Shown piece after piece: positions 26,191 to 39,973 of a DNA stretch of 64,000 nucleotides. Positions within the stretch are counted from its first letter, which is position 1; every line of letters begins with the position of its first letter. The DNA is from Mobula hypostoma (lineage: Eukaryota). The DNA lies in NCBI RefSeq assembly GCF_963921235.1, contig NC_086101.1, positions 744,001 through 808,000 of the forward strand, read 5' to 3'. Below the pieces are notes generated by a model, which saw only the letters and a program-made list of their open reading frames with translations, did no database searches and was not told where the DNA came from. Made by a program: the position numbers and the translations under genes.

Positions 26191-26671
26191 CACACTCAGG
26201 TTGGAAGAACAACACCTTATATTCCGTCTGGGTAGCCTCCAACCTGATGGCATGAACATTGACTTCTCTAACTTCCGCAGGCCCCACCTCCCCCTCGTAC
26301 CCCAGCTGTTACTCATTTTTATGCACACATTCTTTCTCTCACTCTCCTTTTTCTCCCTCTGTCCCTCTGAATATACCTCCTGCCCATCCTCTGGGTCAAC
26401 CCCCCCCCCGTCTTTCTTCCCGGACCTCCTGTCCCATGATCCTCTCGTATCCCCTTTTGCCTATCACCTGTCCAGCTCTCGGCTCTATCCCTCCCCCTCC
26501 TGTCTTCTCCTATCATTTTACATCTCCCCCTCCCCCTCCAGCTTTCAAATCCCTTACTCACTCTTCCTTCAGTTAGTCCTGACGAAGGGTCTCGGCCTGA
26601 AACGTCGACTGCGCCTCTTCCTATAGATGCTGCTTGGCCTGCTGCGTTCACCAGCAACTTTGATGTATGTT
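26191..26671 (+). mobile_element. 5'-truncated PLE 3' end
   Basis: TLRLEEQHLI...PDGMN plus pLTR; TSD acaagagataat at 26179-26190 and 26672-26683. Confidence 0.93.
26575..26610 (+). ncRNA. Minimal hammerhead ribozyme, intact core
   Basis: agtc-ctgacga-agggtctcggcct-gaaac-gtc-gact. Confidence 0.88.
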
Positions 26672-27244
26672 ACAAGAGATAATAATTCCTTTTCTATGGT
26701 TGAATAATTTCTTTGATGCTTATTAAATTTCTTAGAAAGGGAACCTACTGGACGATCGACCTCATTACCATCATCCCTTTGGAGTAACACTGCTCCTGCA
26801 GTCACATCACCAGCATCTACAGCTAATGAAAATGGTTTTTCAGAGTCAGGTAACCGGAGCACGGGTTTATAACATAGCATAGTTTTCAATTTATCAAATA
26901 CTGTACCTCCTGGCAAGGCTCTGTCCAAACAAACTTTTCACTTTTCTTCAAGAGATTAGTTAATGGAAGGGTAATGTCAGCAAAATTCTTACAAAATTTA
27001 CGGTAATATTCTGCCATTCCCAAGAATCTTCTGAGAGTCTTTTTACCAGTTGCAATGGGTACCTCTAAAATTGCCCGAACTTTTGCCTAAACAGGAGCTA
27101 ACTTACCTTGACCCACAACATAAACAAGGTGGGTCTCAGTGGCATGACCAAATTCACTTTTAGCTAAGTTAATAGTTAAGTTACCTTTGGAAAGCCTTTC
27201 AAATAGTTTCTCCACTGCAGTAATATGTGCTTCCCAACTATCTC

Positions 27245-28410
<1,166 letters not shown>

Positions 28411-28459
28411 TCTCACCTAGTCCCACCGACCTGCACTCACACCCCTCACATCCCTCCTG

Positions 28460-29336
28460 CAACATGTTTCACTAATAGCTACAACATCATATTTCCAGGT
28501 ATCAATCCATGCTCTAAGCTCATCCACCTTCCTTACAATGCTCTGAGCATTAAAATAGATGCATTTAAGAAACTCTCCACCTCTTACTCTCTGCCTATCC
28601 CTAATGTGGCAAACAACTTTGTTATCTTTTTCTTCCTTGTCCCCTACATCTTCGGTCTAAGTGCTCCTGTTCTCTGTCCCCTGCCTTTCCTCCCTCACAC
28701 ACTGTCTACTAGTTTTCTCTATTTGTGAACTAACCTCCTCTCTCCTAGTCTCTTCAATTTGATTCCCGCCCCCCAACCATTCTGTTTTAATGTCTCCTCA
28801 GTAGCCCTCGCAAATCTCCCCACCAGTATATTGGTCCCCCTAGGATTCAAGTACAATCCGTCCTTTTTGTACAGGTCACACTTACGCCAAAAGAGGTCCC
28901 AATGATCCAAAAACTTGAAGCCCTGTCCCCTGCTCCAATCCGTCAGCCACGCATTTATCCTCCACCTCATTCCATTCCTACTCTCACTGTCGCGTAGCAC
29001 AGGCAGTAATCCCGAGATTACCAGCTTTGCGGTCCTTTTTCTCAACTCCCTTCCTAACTCCCTATATTCTCCTTTCAGGGCTTCTTCCCTTTTCCTACCT
29101 ATGTCATTGGTACCTATATGTACCACGACCTCTGGCTCCTCACCCTCCCACTTCAGGATATCTTGGACACAATCAGAAATATCCCGGACCCTGGCACCAG
29201 GGAGGCAAACTACCATCCGGGTCTCCTAACCGCGTCCACAGAATCGCCAATCTGACCCCCTAACTATCGAGTCCCCTATTACTACTGCCCTCCTCTTCCT
29301 TTCCGTACCTTTCTGAGCTACAGGGCCGGACTCTCT
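28460..29336 (-). mobile_element. CR1 ORF1 (SGNH esterase-like) fragment
   Basis: VCLPGARVRDI, VVVHIGTND, FLDHW, DGLYLN. Confidence 0.9.
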
Positions 29337-32189
29337 TACCTCCCTGGTGGCAAGGTCCGCGATATCTCGGATCGAGTTGTCAGTTTTCTCGTAGGGAGGG
29401 TGAGCAGCCGGATGTCATGGTCCATGTAGGGACTAACGACGTGGGTAGGAAGAGTGAGGAGGTCCTGAAAGGTGAGTTTAGGGCTTGGGCGCCAAGTTAA
29501 AGGACAGGACCTCCGGGATAGCAATCTCAGGATTGCTGCCAGTGCCACGTGCAGGCGGGTTTAGAAATAGTAAGATAGCGCAGATCAACAGGTGGCTGAA
29601 GACATGGTGCAGGAGGGAGGGCTTCAGATTTATAGATAATTGGGCAGTTTTCCAGGGAAGGTGGGACCTGTTCCGGCGGGGCGGTTTACATCTGAACTGG
29701 AGGGGTTCAAATATTCTTGCAGGTAGATTTGCTAGAGAGGTTCCGGTGGATTTAAACTAGCTACGAGGGGGGAGGGGAACCAGAGTGTAGCAACAGATGT
29801 AGGGAAGAAGGAAGAAAAAGAAAATAGTAAAATTGTTTGCAACGTTAGTGATAAACAGGGAATAAGGTGGAAAATTTCTTAAATGCATTTATTTTAATAC
29901 TAGGAGCATTATGAGAAGGGTGGATAAGCTTAAAGCATGGATTGCTACCTGGAAGTATGATGTTGTATCTACTAGTGAAACATGGTTACAGAAGGGGTGT
30001 GATTGGCATCTAAATATTCCTGGAATTAATTGCTTCAGGTGTGACAGAATCAGAGGGACAAGAGCAGGAGGTGTTGCATTGCTTGTCAGAGAAAATATTA
30101 CAGCGGTGCTCTGGCAGGATAGATTAGAGAGCTCGTCTAGGGAAGCTATTTGGGTGGAATTGAGGAATGGGAAATGTGTAGTAACACTTATGGGGGTGTA
30201 TTATAGACCACCAAATGAGGAGAGAGAATTGGAGGAGCAAATTTGTAAGGAGATAGCAGATATTTGTAGTAAGCACAAGGTTGTGATTGCAGGAGATTTT
30301 AATTTTCCACACATAGACTGGGTAGCCCATTCTGTAAAAGGGCTGGATGGTTTGGAGTTTGTAAAATGTGTGCAGGATAGTTTTTTGCAGCAATACATAG
30401 AGGTACCAACTAGAGAAGGGACAGTGTTGGATCTCCTGTTAGGAAATGAGATAGGGCAGGTGACGGAGGTATATGTTGGGGACCACTTCGGGTCCAGTGA
30501 TCACAATGCTATTAGTTTCAATATAATTATGGAGAAGGATGGGAGAAAGCCTAACTTTGAGGAGATGCGAAAGGATTCAGAAGGAGTGGATTGGGACAAT
30601 TTGTTTTATGGGAAGGATGTAATAGAGAAATTGAGGTATTTTAAAGGTGAAATTTTGAGGGTACGGAATCTTTATGTTCCTGTTAGGTTGAGAGGAAAGG
30701 TTGAAAGTTTGAGAGAGCCATGGTTTTCAAGGGATATTGGAAACTTGGTTCTGAAAAAGAGAGATATCTACAATAAATAAAGGCAGCATGGAGTAAATGA
30801 GGTGCTCGAGGAATATAAAGAATGTAAAAAGAATCTTAATAAAGAAATTAGAAAAGCTAAAAGAAGATATGATTTTGCTTTGGCAAGTAAGGTGAAAATA
30901 AATACCAAGGGTTTCTACAGTTATATTTAATAGCAAAAGGATAGTGAGGGATAAAATTGGTCCCTTAGAGAATCAGAGTGGACAGCTATGTGTGGAGCCA
31001 AAAGAGGTGGGGGAGATTCTGAACAATTTCTATTCTTCGGTATTCACTAAGGAGAAGGATATTGAATTTTGTAAGATAAGGGAAACAGTTAGGAATATTA
31101 TGGAAACTATGATGATTATAGAAGAGGAAGTACTGGATCTTTTAAGGAATATGAAATTGGATACGTCTCCGGGTCCTGACAGGATATTCCTTGGACCTTG
31201 AGGGAAGTTAGTGTAGAAATAGCAGGGGCTCTGACAGAAATATTTCAAATGTCATTAGAAACGGGGATGGTGCCGGACGATTGACGTATTGCTCATGTTG
31301 TTCCATTATTTACAAAGGGTTCTAGGAGTAAACCTAGCAATTATCGGCCTGTGAATTTGACACCAGTGGAGGGTAAATTGATAGAAATTATTCTTAGAGA
31401 TGGCATATATAATTATCTGGATAGACAGGGTCTGATTAGGAACAGTCAACATGGATCGGTGCGTGGAAAGTCATGTCTGACAAATCTTACTGAATTTTTT
31501 GAAGAGGTTACTAGGAAAGTTGACGAGGGTAAAGCGGTAGATGTTGTCTATATGGACTTCAGTAAGGCCTTTGACAAGATTCCACACGGAAGGTTAGTTA
31601 GGAAGGTTCAATCGTTAGGTATAAATATTAAAGTAGTAAAATGGATTCAGCAGTGGCTGGATGGGAGACGCCAGAGAGTAGTGCTGGATAACTGTTTGTC
31701 ATATTGGAGGCCGGTGACTAGTGGTGTGCCTCAGGGATCTGTACTGGGTCCAATGTTGTTTGTCATATACATTAATGATCTAGATGATGGGGTGGTAAAT
31801 TGGATTAGTAAGTATGCAGATGATACTAAGATAGGTGGAGTTGTGGATAATGAAGTAGGTTTTCAAAGCTTGCAGAGAGATTTAGGCCAGTTAGAAGAGT
31901 GGGCTGAAAGATAGCAGATGGAGTTTAATGCTGATAAATTTGACGTGCTACATTTTGGTAGGACTAATCAAAATAGGACATACATGGTAAATGGTAGGGC
32001 ATTGAAGAATGAAGTAGAACAGAGGGATCTAGGAATAAAGGTGCATAGTTCCCTGAAAGTGGAGTGGATAGGGTGGTGAAGAAGGCTTTCGGTATGCTGG
32101 CCTTTATATATCAGAGCATTGAGTATAGGAGTTGGGATGTAATGTTGAAATTGTACAAGGCATTGGTAAAGCCAAATTTGGAGTATTGT

Positions 32190-34349
32190 AGTCTGGCGTA
32201 CTGACCTCTACCTTGCCGAGGTGCAGCGACAACTCGCGGATACCTCCTCTTATTTACCCCTCGATCGTGACCCCACTAAGGAGCACCAGGCCATTGTCTC
32301 CCACACTATCACCGACTTTATCCGCTCAGGGGATCTCCCATCCACTGCTACCAACCTTATAGTTCCCACACCCCGCACTTCCCGTTTCTACCTCCTACCC
32401 AAGATCCACAAACCTGCCTGTCCTGGCCGACCTATTGTCTCAGCTTGCTCCTGCCCCACCGAACTCGTTCCTGCATACCTCGACACTGTTTTATCACCCC
32501 TTGTTCAATCCCTTCCGACCTATGTTCGTGACACTTCTCACGCTCTTAAACTTTTCGATGATTTTAAGTTCCCTGGCCCCCACCGCTTTATTTTCACCAT
32601 GGATGTCCAGTCCTTATATACTTCCATCCCCCATCAGGAAGGTCTCAAAGCTCTATGCTTCTTTTTGGATTCCAGACCTAATCAGTTCCCCTCTACCACC
32701 ACTCTACTCTGTCTAGCGGAATTAGTCCTTACTCTTAATAATTTCTCCTTTTGCTCCTCCCATTTCCTCCAAACTAAAGGTGTAGCTATGGGCACCCGTA
32801 TGGGTCCTAGCTATGCCTGCCTTTTTGTTGGCTTTGTGGAACAATCTATGTTCCGTGCTATTCTGGTATCTGTCCCCAACTTTTCCTTCGCTACATCGAC
32901 GACTGCATTGGCGCTGCTTCCTGCACGCATGCAGAACTCGTTGACTTTATTAACTTTGCCTCCAACTTTCACCCTGCCCTCAAGTTTACCTGGTCCATTT
33001 CCGACACCTCCCTCCCCTTTCTAGATCTTTCTGTCTCTGTCTCTGGAGACAGCTTATCCACTGATGTCTACTATAAGCCTACTGACTCTCACAGCTATCT
33101 GGACTATTCCTCTTCTCACCCTGTCTCTTGCAAAAACGCCAACCCCTTCGCGCAATTCCTCCGTCTCCGCCGCATCTGCTCTCAGGATGAGGCTTTTCAT
33201 TCTAGTACGCGGGAGATGTCTTCATTTTTTAAAGAAAGGGGCTTCCCTTCCTCCACTATCAACTCTGCTCTTAAACGCATCTCCCCCATTTCACGTACAT
33301 CTGCTCTCACTCCATCCTCCCACCACCCCACTAGGAATAGGGTTCCCCTGGTCCTCACCTACCACCCCACCAGCTTCCGGGTCCAATATATTATTCTCCG
33401 TAACTTCCGCCACCTCCAATGGGATCCCACCACTAAGCACATCTTTCCCTCCCCCCCTCTCTCTGCATTCCGCAGGGATCGCTCCCTACACAACTCCCTT
33501 GTCCATTCGTCCCCCCCATCCCTCCCCACTGATCTCCCTCCTGGCACTTATCCATGTAAGCGGAACAAGTGCTACACATGCCCTTACACTTCCTCCCTTA
33601 CCACCATTCAGGGCCCCAAACAGTCCTTCCAGGTGAGGCATCACTTCACCTGTGAGTCGACTGGGGTGATATACTGCGTCCGGTGCTCCCGATGTGGCCT
33701 TTTATATATTGGTGAGACCCGACGCAGACTGGGAGACCGCTTTGCTGAACATCTACGCTGTCCGCCAGAGAAAGCAGGATCTCCCAGTGGCCACACATTT
33801 TAATTCCACATCCCATTCCCATTCTGACATGTCTATCCACGGCCTCCTCTACTGTAAAGATAAAGCCACACTCAGGTTGGAGGAACAACACCTTATATTC
33901 CGTCTGGGTAGCCTCCAACCTGATGGCATGAACATCGACTTCTCTAACTTCCGCTAAGGCCCCACCTCCCCCTCGTACCCCATCTGTTACTCATTTTTAT
34001 GTACACATTCTTTCTCTCACTCCCTTTTTCTCCCTCTGTCCCTCTGAATATACCTCTTGCCCATCCTCTGGGTCACCCCCCCCCTGTCTTTCTTCCCGGA
34101 CCTCCTGTCCCATGATCCTCTCGTATCTCCTTTTTCCTATCACCTGTCCAGCTCTCGGCTCTATCCCTCCCCCTCCTGTCTTCTCCTATCATTTTGCATC
34201 TCCCCCTCCCCCTCCAGCTTTCAAATCCCTTACTCACTCTTCCTTCAGTTAGTCCTGACGAAGGGTCTCGGCCTGAAACGTCGACTGCACCTGTTCCTAG
34301 AGATGCTGCTTGGCCTGCTGCGTTCACCAGCAACTTTGATGTATGTTGT
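32190..34349 (+). mobile_element. 5'-truncated PLE (RT, GIY-YIG, pLTR), frameshifted
   Basis: Near-identical to the 5983-10832 element; TSD agtattgt at 32182-32189 and 34350-34357. Confidence 0.95.
34251..34286 (+). ncRNA. Minimal hammerhead ribozyme, intact core
   Basis: Same 36-nt motif as 26575-26610. Confidence 0.88.
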
Positions 34350-34704
34350 AGTATTGTGTACAGTTCTGGTCACCGAATTATATGAAAGATATCAACAAAA
34401 TAGAGAGAGTACAGAGAAGATTTACTAGAATGTTACCTGGGTTTCATCACCTAAGTTACAGAGAAAGATTGAACAAGTTCGGTCTTTATTCTTTGGAGTG
34501 TAGAAGGTTGGGCGGGGGGACATGATAGAGGTATTTAAAATTATGAGGGTGATAGATAGAGTTGACGTGGATAGGCTTTTTCCATTGAGAGTGGGGGAGA
34601 TTCAAACAAGAGGACATGAGTTGAGAGTTAAAGGGCAATAGTTTAGGGGTAACATGAGGGGAAACTTCTTTACTCAGAGAGTGGTAGCTGTGTGAAACGA
34701 GTTT

Positions 34705-34974
34705 TCAGCACATGCGGACGTCACGCATGCGCACAGAGGTGCCCACAGAGGTGCTTCATAGTCATGGTAGTCTTTCCACGGGTAAAGTGTCCCGGGATTT
34801 GACTGCTACTTTTGTCCCTTATTTGGGAGTGAGAAAGTTGGCAACCTTAACTGTAAAAGACATGTTGAGGTGAGTTTAACCCTACTTGAACATCCCCCAC
34901 CCCCGGTCGGCCGGTCCGCAAGAATATTGTCAATATTAAACCGGTCTGTGGTGCAAAAAAGGTTGGGCCCCCTG
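34705..34974. mobile_element. One end of a hAT/Charlie-type MITE
   Basis: Ends ...accggtctgtggtgcaaaaaaggttgggcccccTG, i.e. a CAGGGG..CCAACCTTTTT-type terminus on the minus strand. Confidence 0.6.
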
Positions 34975-34999
34975 CACTACTCGACGGTCTGGGTGATGC

Positions 35000-36218
35000 C
35001 ATAGCCGATATCCTGGTCGCGTCCAATTTTGCTCCACGTATATTTCTGTTGCTGTGAGGCAAGATTTTGGGCTTCCTGCAACTGCTGGACATCAATACAC
35101 ACAGTGATCTCCTTCCCTCCCGATTCAATCTGAGAAGATTGTAGCACAGGCTGTTGCTGAAGGACCAGCTGTTCTGATGCCATGTTTGGAGACGTCATCC
35201 TCGGCTGAGGTGTGTGCTTCGCACTTAATTACAGGATAGCTAAAGTCTATGGCAACTGTATAGCTTCTGAAAGGTTTAATACTAAGGAGGTGTGTTTAAT
35301 CGCTTTCTCCGACGAGGTGATAAATCCTGTATTTTTCTTCATTTGCCCAAAGTCATGTGCTACCCCAAACGAATAACGTGAGTCGGTACAAATATTTGCA
35401 GGTTTTCCTTCAGCCAAAATGCAAGCACGGGTAATGGCATAGAGATCCGCTGCCTGCGCTGGTGTTCCTATTTGCAAGGCATAAGCTTCTACTACCTCTG
35501 GGGAGTTTATATAGCATATCCTGCCCACAACGTAACATCTCTCGGGAGGCGCGAACAGCCGTCTGTGAAAAGAATTAAGTCAGTGTTATCAATAGGTTCG
35601 CTTCTCAGATCTGGTGGGGGAGTAGTAGTGGCTTCTACCGCGAGCAGACAGTCATGGTCATCCCCATCCTGCTGTGCAGATGGTAATGGAACAAAAGCGG
35701 TTGGATTGATAGCCGAAGGTCTCTTGCACGTATAGTTGGATGGAGAGAGAAGAATCACCTGTCCTTCTGGCCGTGGTAAAATGCTGAGTAGCAGCTGAAT
35801 TCAACAGCAGCATTACGGCATGGCGTACTATCACAGTAGACGGGAGATCCAGTACGATAGGAACAGACTTTTCTACTATTACAGCGGTGGCGGCTGCGGC
35901 ACGCAAACAGGTTGGCTTTTCCTTAGCAACAGCCCACAATGCCGCCGAATAATAAACTAGTGGTCTCTTTCCTCCCCCGTGCTCGTGCTCTCGGCAGAGG
36001 ATGCCCGTGGCAAACCCTGGCAATTCATTCACATAGAGTTGAGAGGGTTTGCTATAGCTCGGTAATCCTAGTGCGGGCACCGTGACTAAAGCCTGTTTGA
36101 GATCATGGAGGGCTTTTTCCCCCTTTCCGCTGTCCATTCCAAGATAGGGGCCCCGTTTCAATGTAGCAGAACGCATTACTGAATCCCTCTCCCGGTATTT
36201 GGGAATCCACTGTCGGGT
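35000..36218 (-). mobile_element. Class I (epsilon/gamma-like) endogenous retrovirus pol fragment
   Basis: RQWIPKY, LKQAL..PALGLP, RPLVYYS, CLRA, HDCL, LFTDG, AQAADL, NICTDSRY, IKCEAH; several frameshifts. Confidence 0.85.
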
Positions 36219-36456
36219 GACAGACCGCTGGAGGCTTAGCCATGTAGACCAGGAGTATCACAAGGAGTGTCTGAACCTGAAGAAGTAGATGACGGGGTAA
36301 GGAGATCTCAAAGAATCAGGAAACAATGACATAGGCTGGTCTGTGTAGCACCGGGGAACAGAATGTGGCACCTATCGCCTTGGTGAGCTGTGTCACTGCC
36401 ATTTATATCGGTATTGGACTTGGTGCTTTGTATGAAGCTGTGAAAAATTTTCTCAA

Positions 36457-37023
36457 TGTTATGAGGACATGACTAATTCTGGTGGGGTGCTGGAGGGGAG
36501 AGTGCAATTGTCTTTCCATAGAGACAGTGTTTGTGTGATGGTTAGAGGTGACGGGTGCTTTGGAAAGTGAGCCGTCCAATGAAAGGAGTGTGTTTCGAGC
36601 CGTGTGCCTGACACCGGGGTGATCTGGGGCTTTGTTCGGCGGGAGGCGAAGGGGGAAGACGCCGGAGCGGAGTCATGATCCGACAAAGGCCGGGGAGATC
36701 GAAGGAGGAGCAGCGAAGTGGAAACCGTGAGCTCCAAATTAGACTGTCTCATTAAAATGGGCCCCTTCTTCCTTTCTTTCTTTATTTTGCTTTTTCTTTA
36801 CTAACCCTTTAGTCAAATCTAGAATAAAAAACTCAATCGTTTAATTGTGTGTGGTGTACAGTCTGTTATCTCGTGGCATTGATTTGTATCAGGGAAACAA
36901 ATCACGCAGCATCCACCCAAACAGGGGGTCTCGGGTGAGCTCACACCTCAATCCCACACGTTTGGCGGGGCCAGAGATGGTCTTCCCCAGACTTAGGTAG
37001 CCGAACAGAACCTGGGTGTTTCA
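36457..37023 (+). mobile_element. Solo LTR
   Basis: TGT...CA termini, AATAAA at ~36822, similar to the inverted copy at 51684-52230. Confidence 0.6.
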
Positions 37024-38045
37024 CCGTCATCTACCTGTTGCAGCGAGCTCACTCCGACCGGGATGAAGATGGTGTAATTCTGAGAATCACATTTTTTTTT
37101 ACAATTTCTCCAGTGCCTTCGATCCAATCGAGCCACGTCATCTGTGGAAGAAGCTGCAAAGGATGGGCGTAGACAAATTCACTCACTCCTGCGTTTCTGC
37201 CTTCCTGACAGATAGACCCCACTTTGTACCGTTGGGTAGTTCTCTGCCTGAGGTGGAGGTGAGTGACACTGGAGACCCACAAGTGACTGTCCTGTCTCCG
37301 CTTCTGTTCACACTGTACACCTCAGGCTTTCAGTACAACTCTGAGTCTTGTCACTTGCAGAAGTTCTCTGATGACTCTGCAGTAGTTGGTGCTTCAGAGA
37401 AGGGCAGGAGTCGGAGCACAGAGGACTGCTGGACAAGATTGTGGAATAGCGAGGGAGGAATCACCTGCTCCTGAATATGGACAAAACCAGGGAAATGGTG
37501 ATTGATTTTAGGAGGAAGAGGACAGTGACGAGTCCTGTATACATTCTGGGAGACGACGTTGCGGTGGTGGAGGAGTACAGATACTTGGGTTTCACCTCGG
37601 CAATGGACCTGAACTGGAAAACGAAAAGTAAGGCTGTTTACAAGAAGCAGATGAGCGGACTCCATTTTCTAAGGAAGCTGAGATCCTTCAATGTGTGAGG
37701 CAGGATGTTGGAGATCATTTACCAGTCTGTTGTACCAAGTGTAGTCTTCTTTGTGGCTTTATGTTGGGGGAGCAGCATCGGTGCTGGTGAGGCAAAAAGA
37801 CAAAATAATCTCATCAAAATGGTTGGAACCGTCCTTGGCCACAACCGGGGCTCTTTCGAGGTCGCGGTGGAGACGAGATCACTAAACAAATGGTCTTCCA
37901 TTGCGGACAATCGGGCACGTCCTCTCCATGACCTACTGCATCGGCAGCGGAGCACCCTTTCGCACAGACTCACTCAGCACCGCTGTCACAAGAATCGTTC
38001 CAGAAAATTTTTCCTATCAAATGTAATATACAACAGTTCATCTGC
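37024..38045 (+). mobile_element. Rex1/Babar LINE RT 3' part, degenerate
   Basis: VLSPLLFTLYT, CHLQKFSDDS, KTREMVIDFRR, FLRKLRSFNV. Confidence 0.85.
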
Positions 38046-38084
38046 TAATCTGCCACCCACAGCTCCAATCTGCGAATTAAGTCT

Positions 38085-38895
38085 GCCAACAACACTACAT
38101 TGATTGGCCTAATGTCAAACGATAATGAGGTGGCCTACAAGGAAGAAATCATCTCTCTGACAGAATGGTGTCAGGAAAACAGCCTCTCCCTGAATATCGA
38201 AAAAATCAAGGGAGCTGTGGATTACAGGAGGAATGGGGACGGGCTAACCCTATTGACATCAATGGATCTGGGGTTGAGAGGGTAAACAGCTTTAAGTTCC
38301 TCAGGACCTTCATCACCGAGGACCTCACGTGGTCTGTACACACAAGCTGTGCGGTGGAACAGGCACAACAGCGCCTCTTTCACCTCAGACGGTTGAGGAA
38401 GTTTGGTATGGGCTCCCAAAAGCTTAGAATTTTCTGCAGGAGCACAACTGAGAGCATCCTGACTGGCTGCATCACTGCCTGGTATGGGAACTGTACCTCC
38501 TTTAATCGAAGGATTCTGCAGAAAGTGGTGCGCACAGCCAAGTGCATCTGTAACTGTGGACTTCCCACGATTCAGGAAATTTACAAAGGCAGGTGTGTAA
38601 AAAGGGTCCGCAGGATCACTGGGCACCCGAGTCACCTCAACCACAATCTGTTCCAGCTGCTACCATCGGGGCAACGCTACCGCAGCATAAAAGCCAGGAC
38701 CAACAGGCTCCGGGACAGCTTCTTCCACCAGGAATCAGACGGCTGAACTCACGCTGATTTGAGTGTATTTCTATGTTGCATTGACTGTTCTGTTTATTAT
38801 AAATTACTATGATTGCAGATTGCTCATTTAAACGGAGGCGTAACGTAATTTTTTTTACTCCACATGTATGTGAAGGATGTAAGAAATAAAATCAA
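38085..38895 (+). mobile_element. Second Rex1-like LINE 3' end
   Basis: VERVNSFKFL, AQQRLFHLRRLRKFG, ESILTGCITAWYG, LLPSGQRY; its tail also occurs at 100-212. Confidence 0.85.
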
Positions 38896-39354
38896 TTGCA
38901 TACATCTTTCTGCGATAGATCATAGTTCAATAGTCTCTCAAAATTGTTTCATACGTTATTATTGCACATTGGTACCGTATTATTGTCTATATAGTTATTC
39001 TCGACTTTATTTTTTGTTAAGTCTGCACACCGCTAAGTGTGATTTTAAATATTGCTGCTGTAACGAAAGAATTTCCCACTCGGGATAAATAAAGTATTTA
39101 TTATTATTATTTTCCAGCCCTATATCTCTTTCACCAATCAACTTCACGGCTCTTGACTTTACTCCTCCCCCTCTACCGTTTTCAGTCCGCCACATTCTGA
39201 CTCCCTCCCTTCCTTTCCAGTCCCGACGAAGGGTCTCGGTCTGAAACGCTGACTGTTCACTCCTCTGCATAGCTGCTGCCTTCCCCCCGGAGTTCCTCCA
39301 GCATTTTGCGTGAGTTGCTTTGGATTTCCGCATCTGCCGATATTCTCCTGTTTA

Positions 39355-39670
39355 AACAAACGCGCATGCGTGGTCGTCGCGCCCCATCCCGGATATCACG
39401 CATGCGCGGAGTAGAGGAGCGCCTCACATCAATCGGATGCAGGTAAGAACGGGCTCCAGGCGAAACATAATCACCGGCGTCTGAAACGCGACCGAAGGAC
39501 ATTTACTGTGATTTCCAGGCACACTGGTGCTGCACCCCACGACAGTCCTGGTCCATTCCCTCTCTCTCAGCCCCACGATCTGGACCCGGGCCCCGGCGAG
39601 TTTTCCACTCATGGGCCCTGGCGCTGCCGGCAGATTCCCGGCGCATGCGCATTCCTGCATCTTTCGATGG
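39355..39670 (+). promoter_or_regulatory. CpG-rich candidate promoter and first exon with three NRF1-type motifs
   Basis: GCGCATGCGC-like at 39361, 39397, 39641; donor CAG|GTAAG at 39442/3; paralogous to 62530-62830. Confidence 0.65.
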
Positions 39671-39689
39671 CTGGTGGGGTGGGTTCTCT

Positions 39690-39973
39690 CGCTGCTGGTG
39701 AACGCAGTAGGCCAGGCAGCATCTACAGGAAGAGGTACAGTCAACGTTCCGGGCCGAGACCCTTCGTCAGGACTAACTGAAAGAACAGTAAGAGATTTGA
39801 AAGTGGGAGGGGGAGGGATGCAACTGGAAAGTTCATGGGCAAAAGCGTTACCAGGCTGGAGAAGGGCGAGGATCATGGAACGGGAGGCCGAGTGAGAAAG
39901 TGTTGGGGGGAGAGAGCCCGGAGGGTGGAGGGCATGCAAGGAGTTATAGTGAGAGGGACAGAAGGAGAGAAAA
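39690..39973 (-). mobile_element. PLE tail with mutated hammerhead (39739-39774); probably continues at 42218
   Basis: pLTR sequence with GAAA changed to GGAA; split by the Rex1 element. Confidence 0.8.

Larger units (their letters stand above)
29337..34700 (+). mobile_element. Long CR1 LINE (ORF1 esterase, APE endonuclease, RT), disrupted and split by a PLE
   Basis: GTND/GLHLN; SETWL, GGVALL, YYRPP, GDFNFP, SDH; DFSKAFD, PQGSVLGP, YADDTK; resumes at 34350. Confidence 0.93.

Noticed and set aside
34722..34735. NRF1-like motif as a third promoter
   Set aside because: Single motif inside a MITE, with no donor site or extended CpG island
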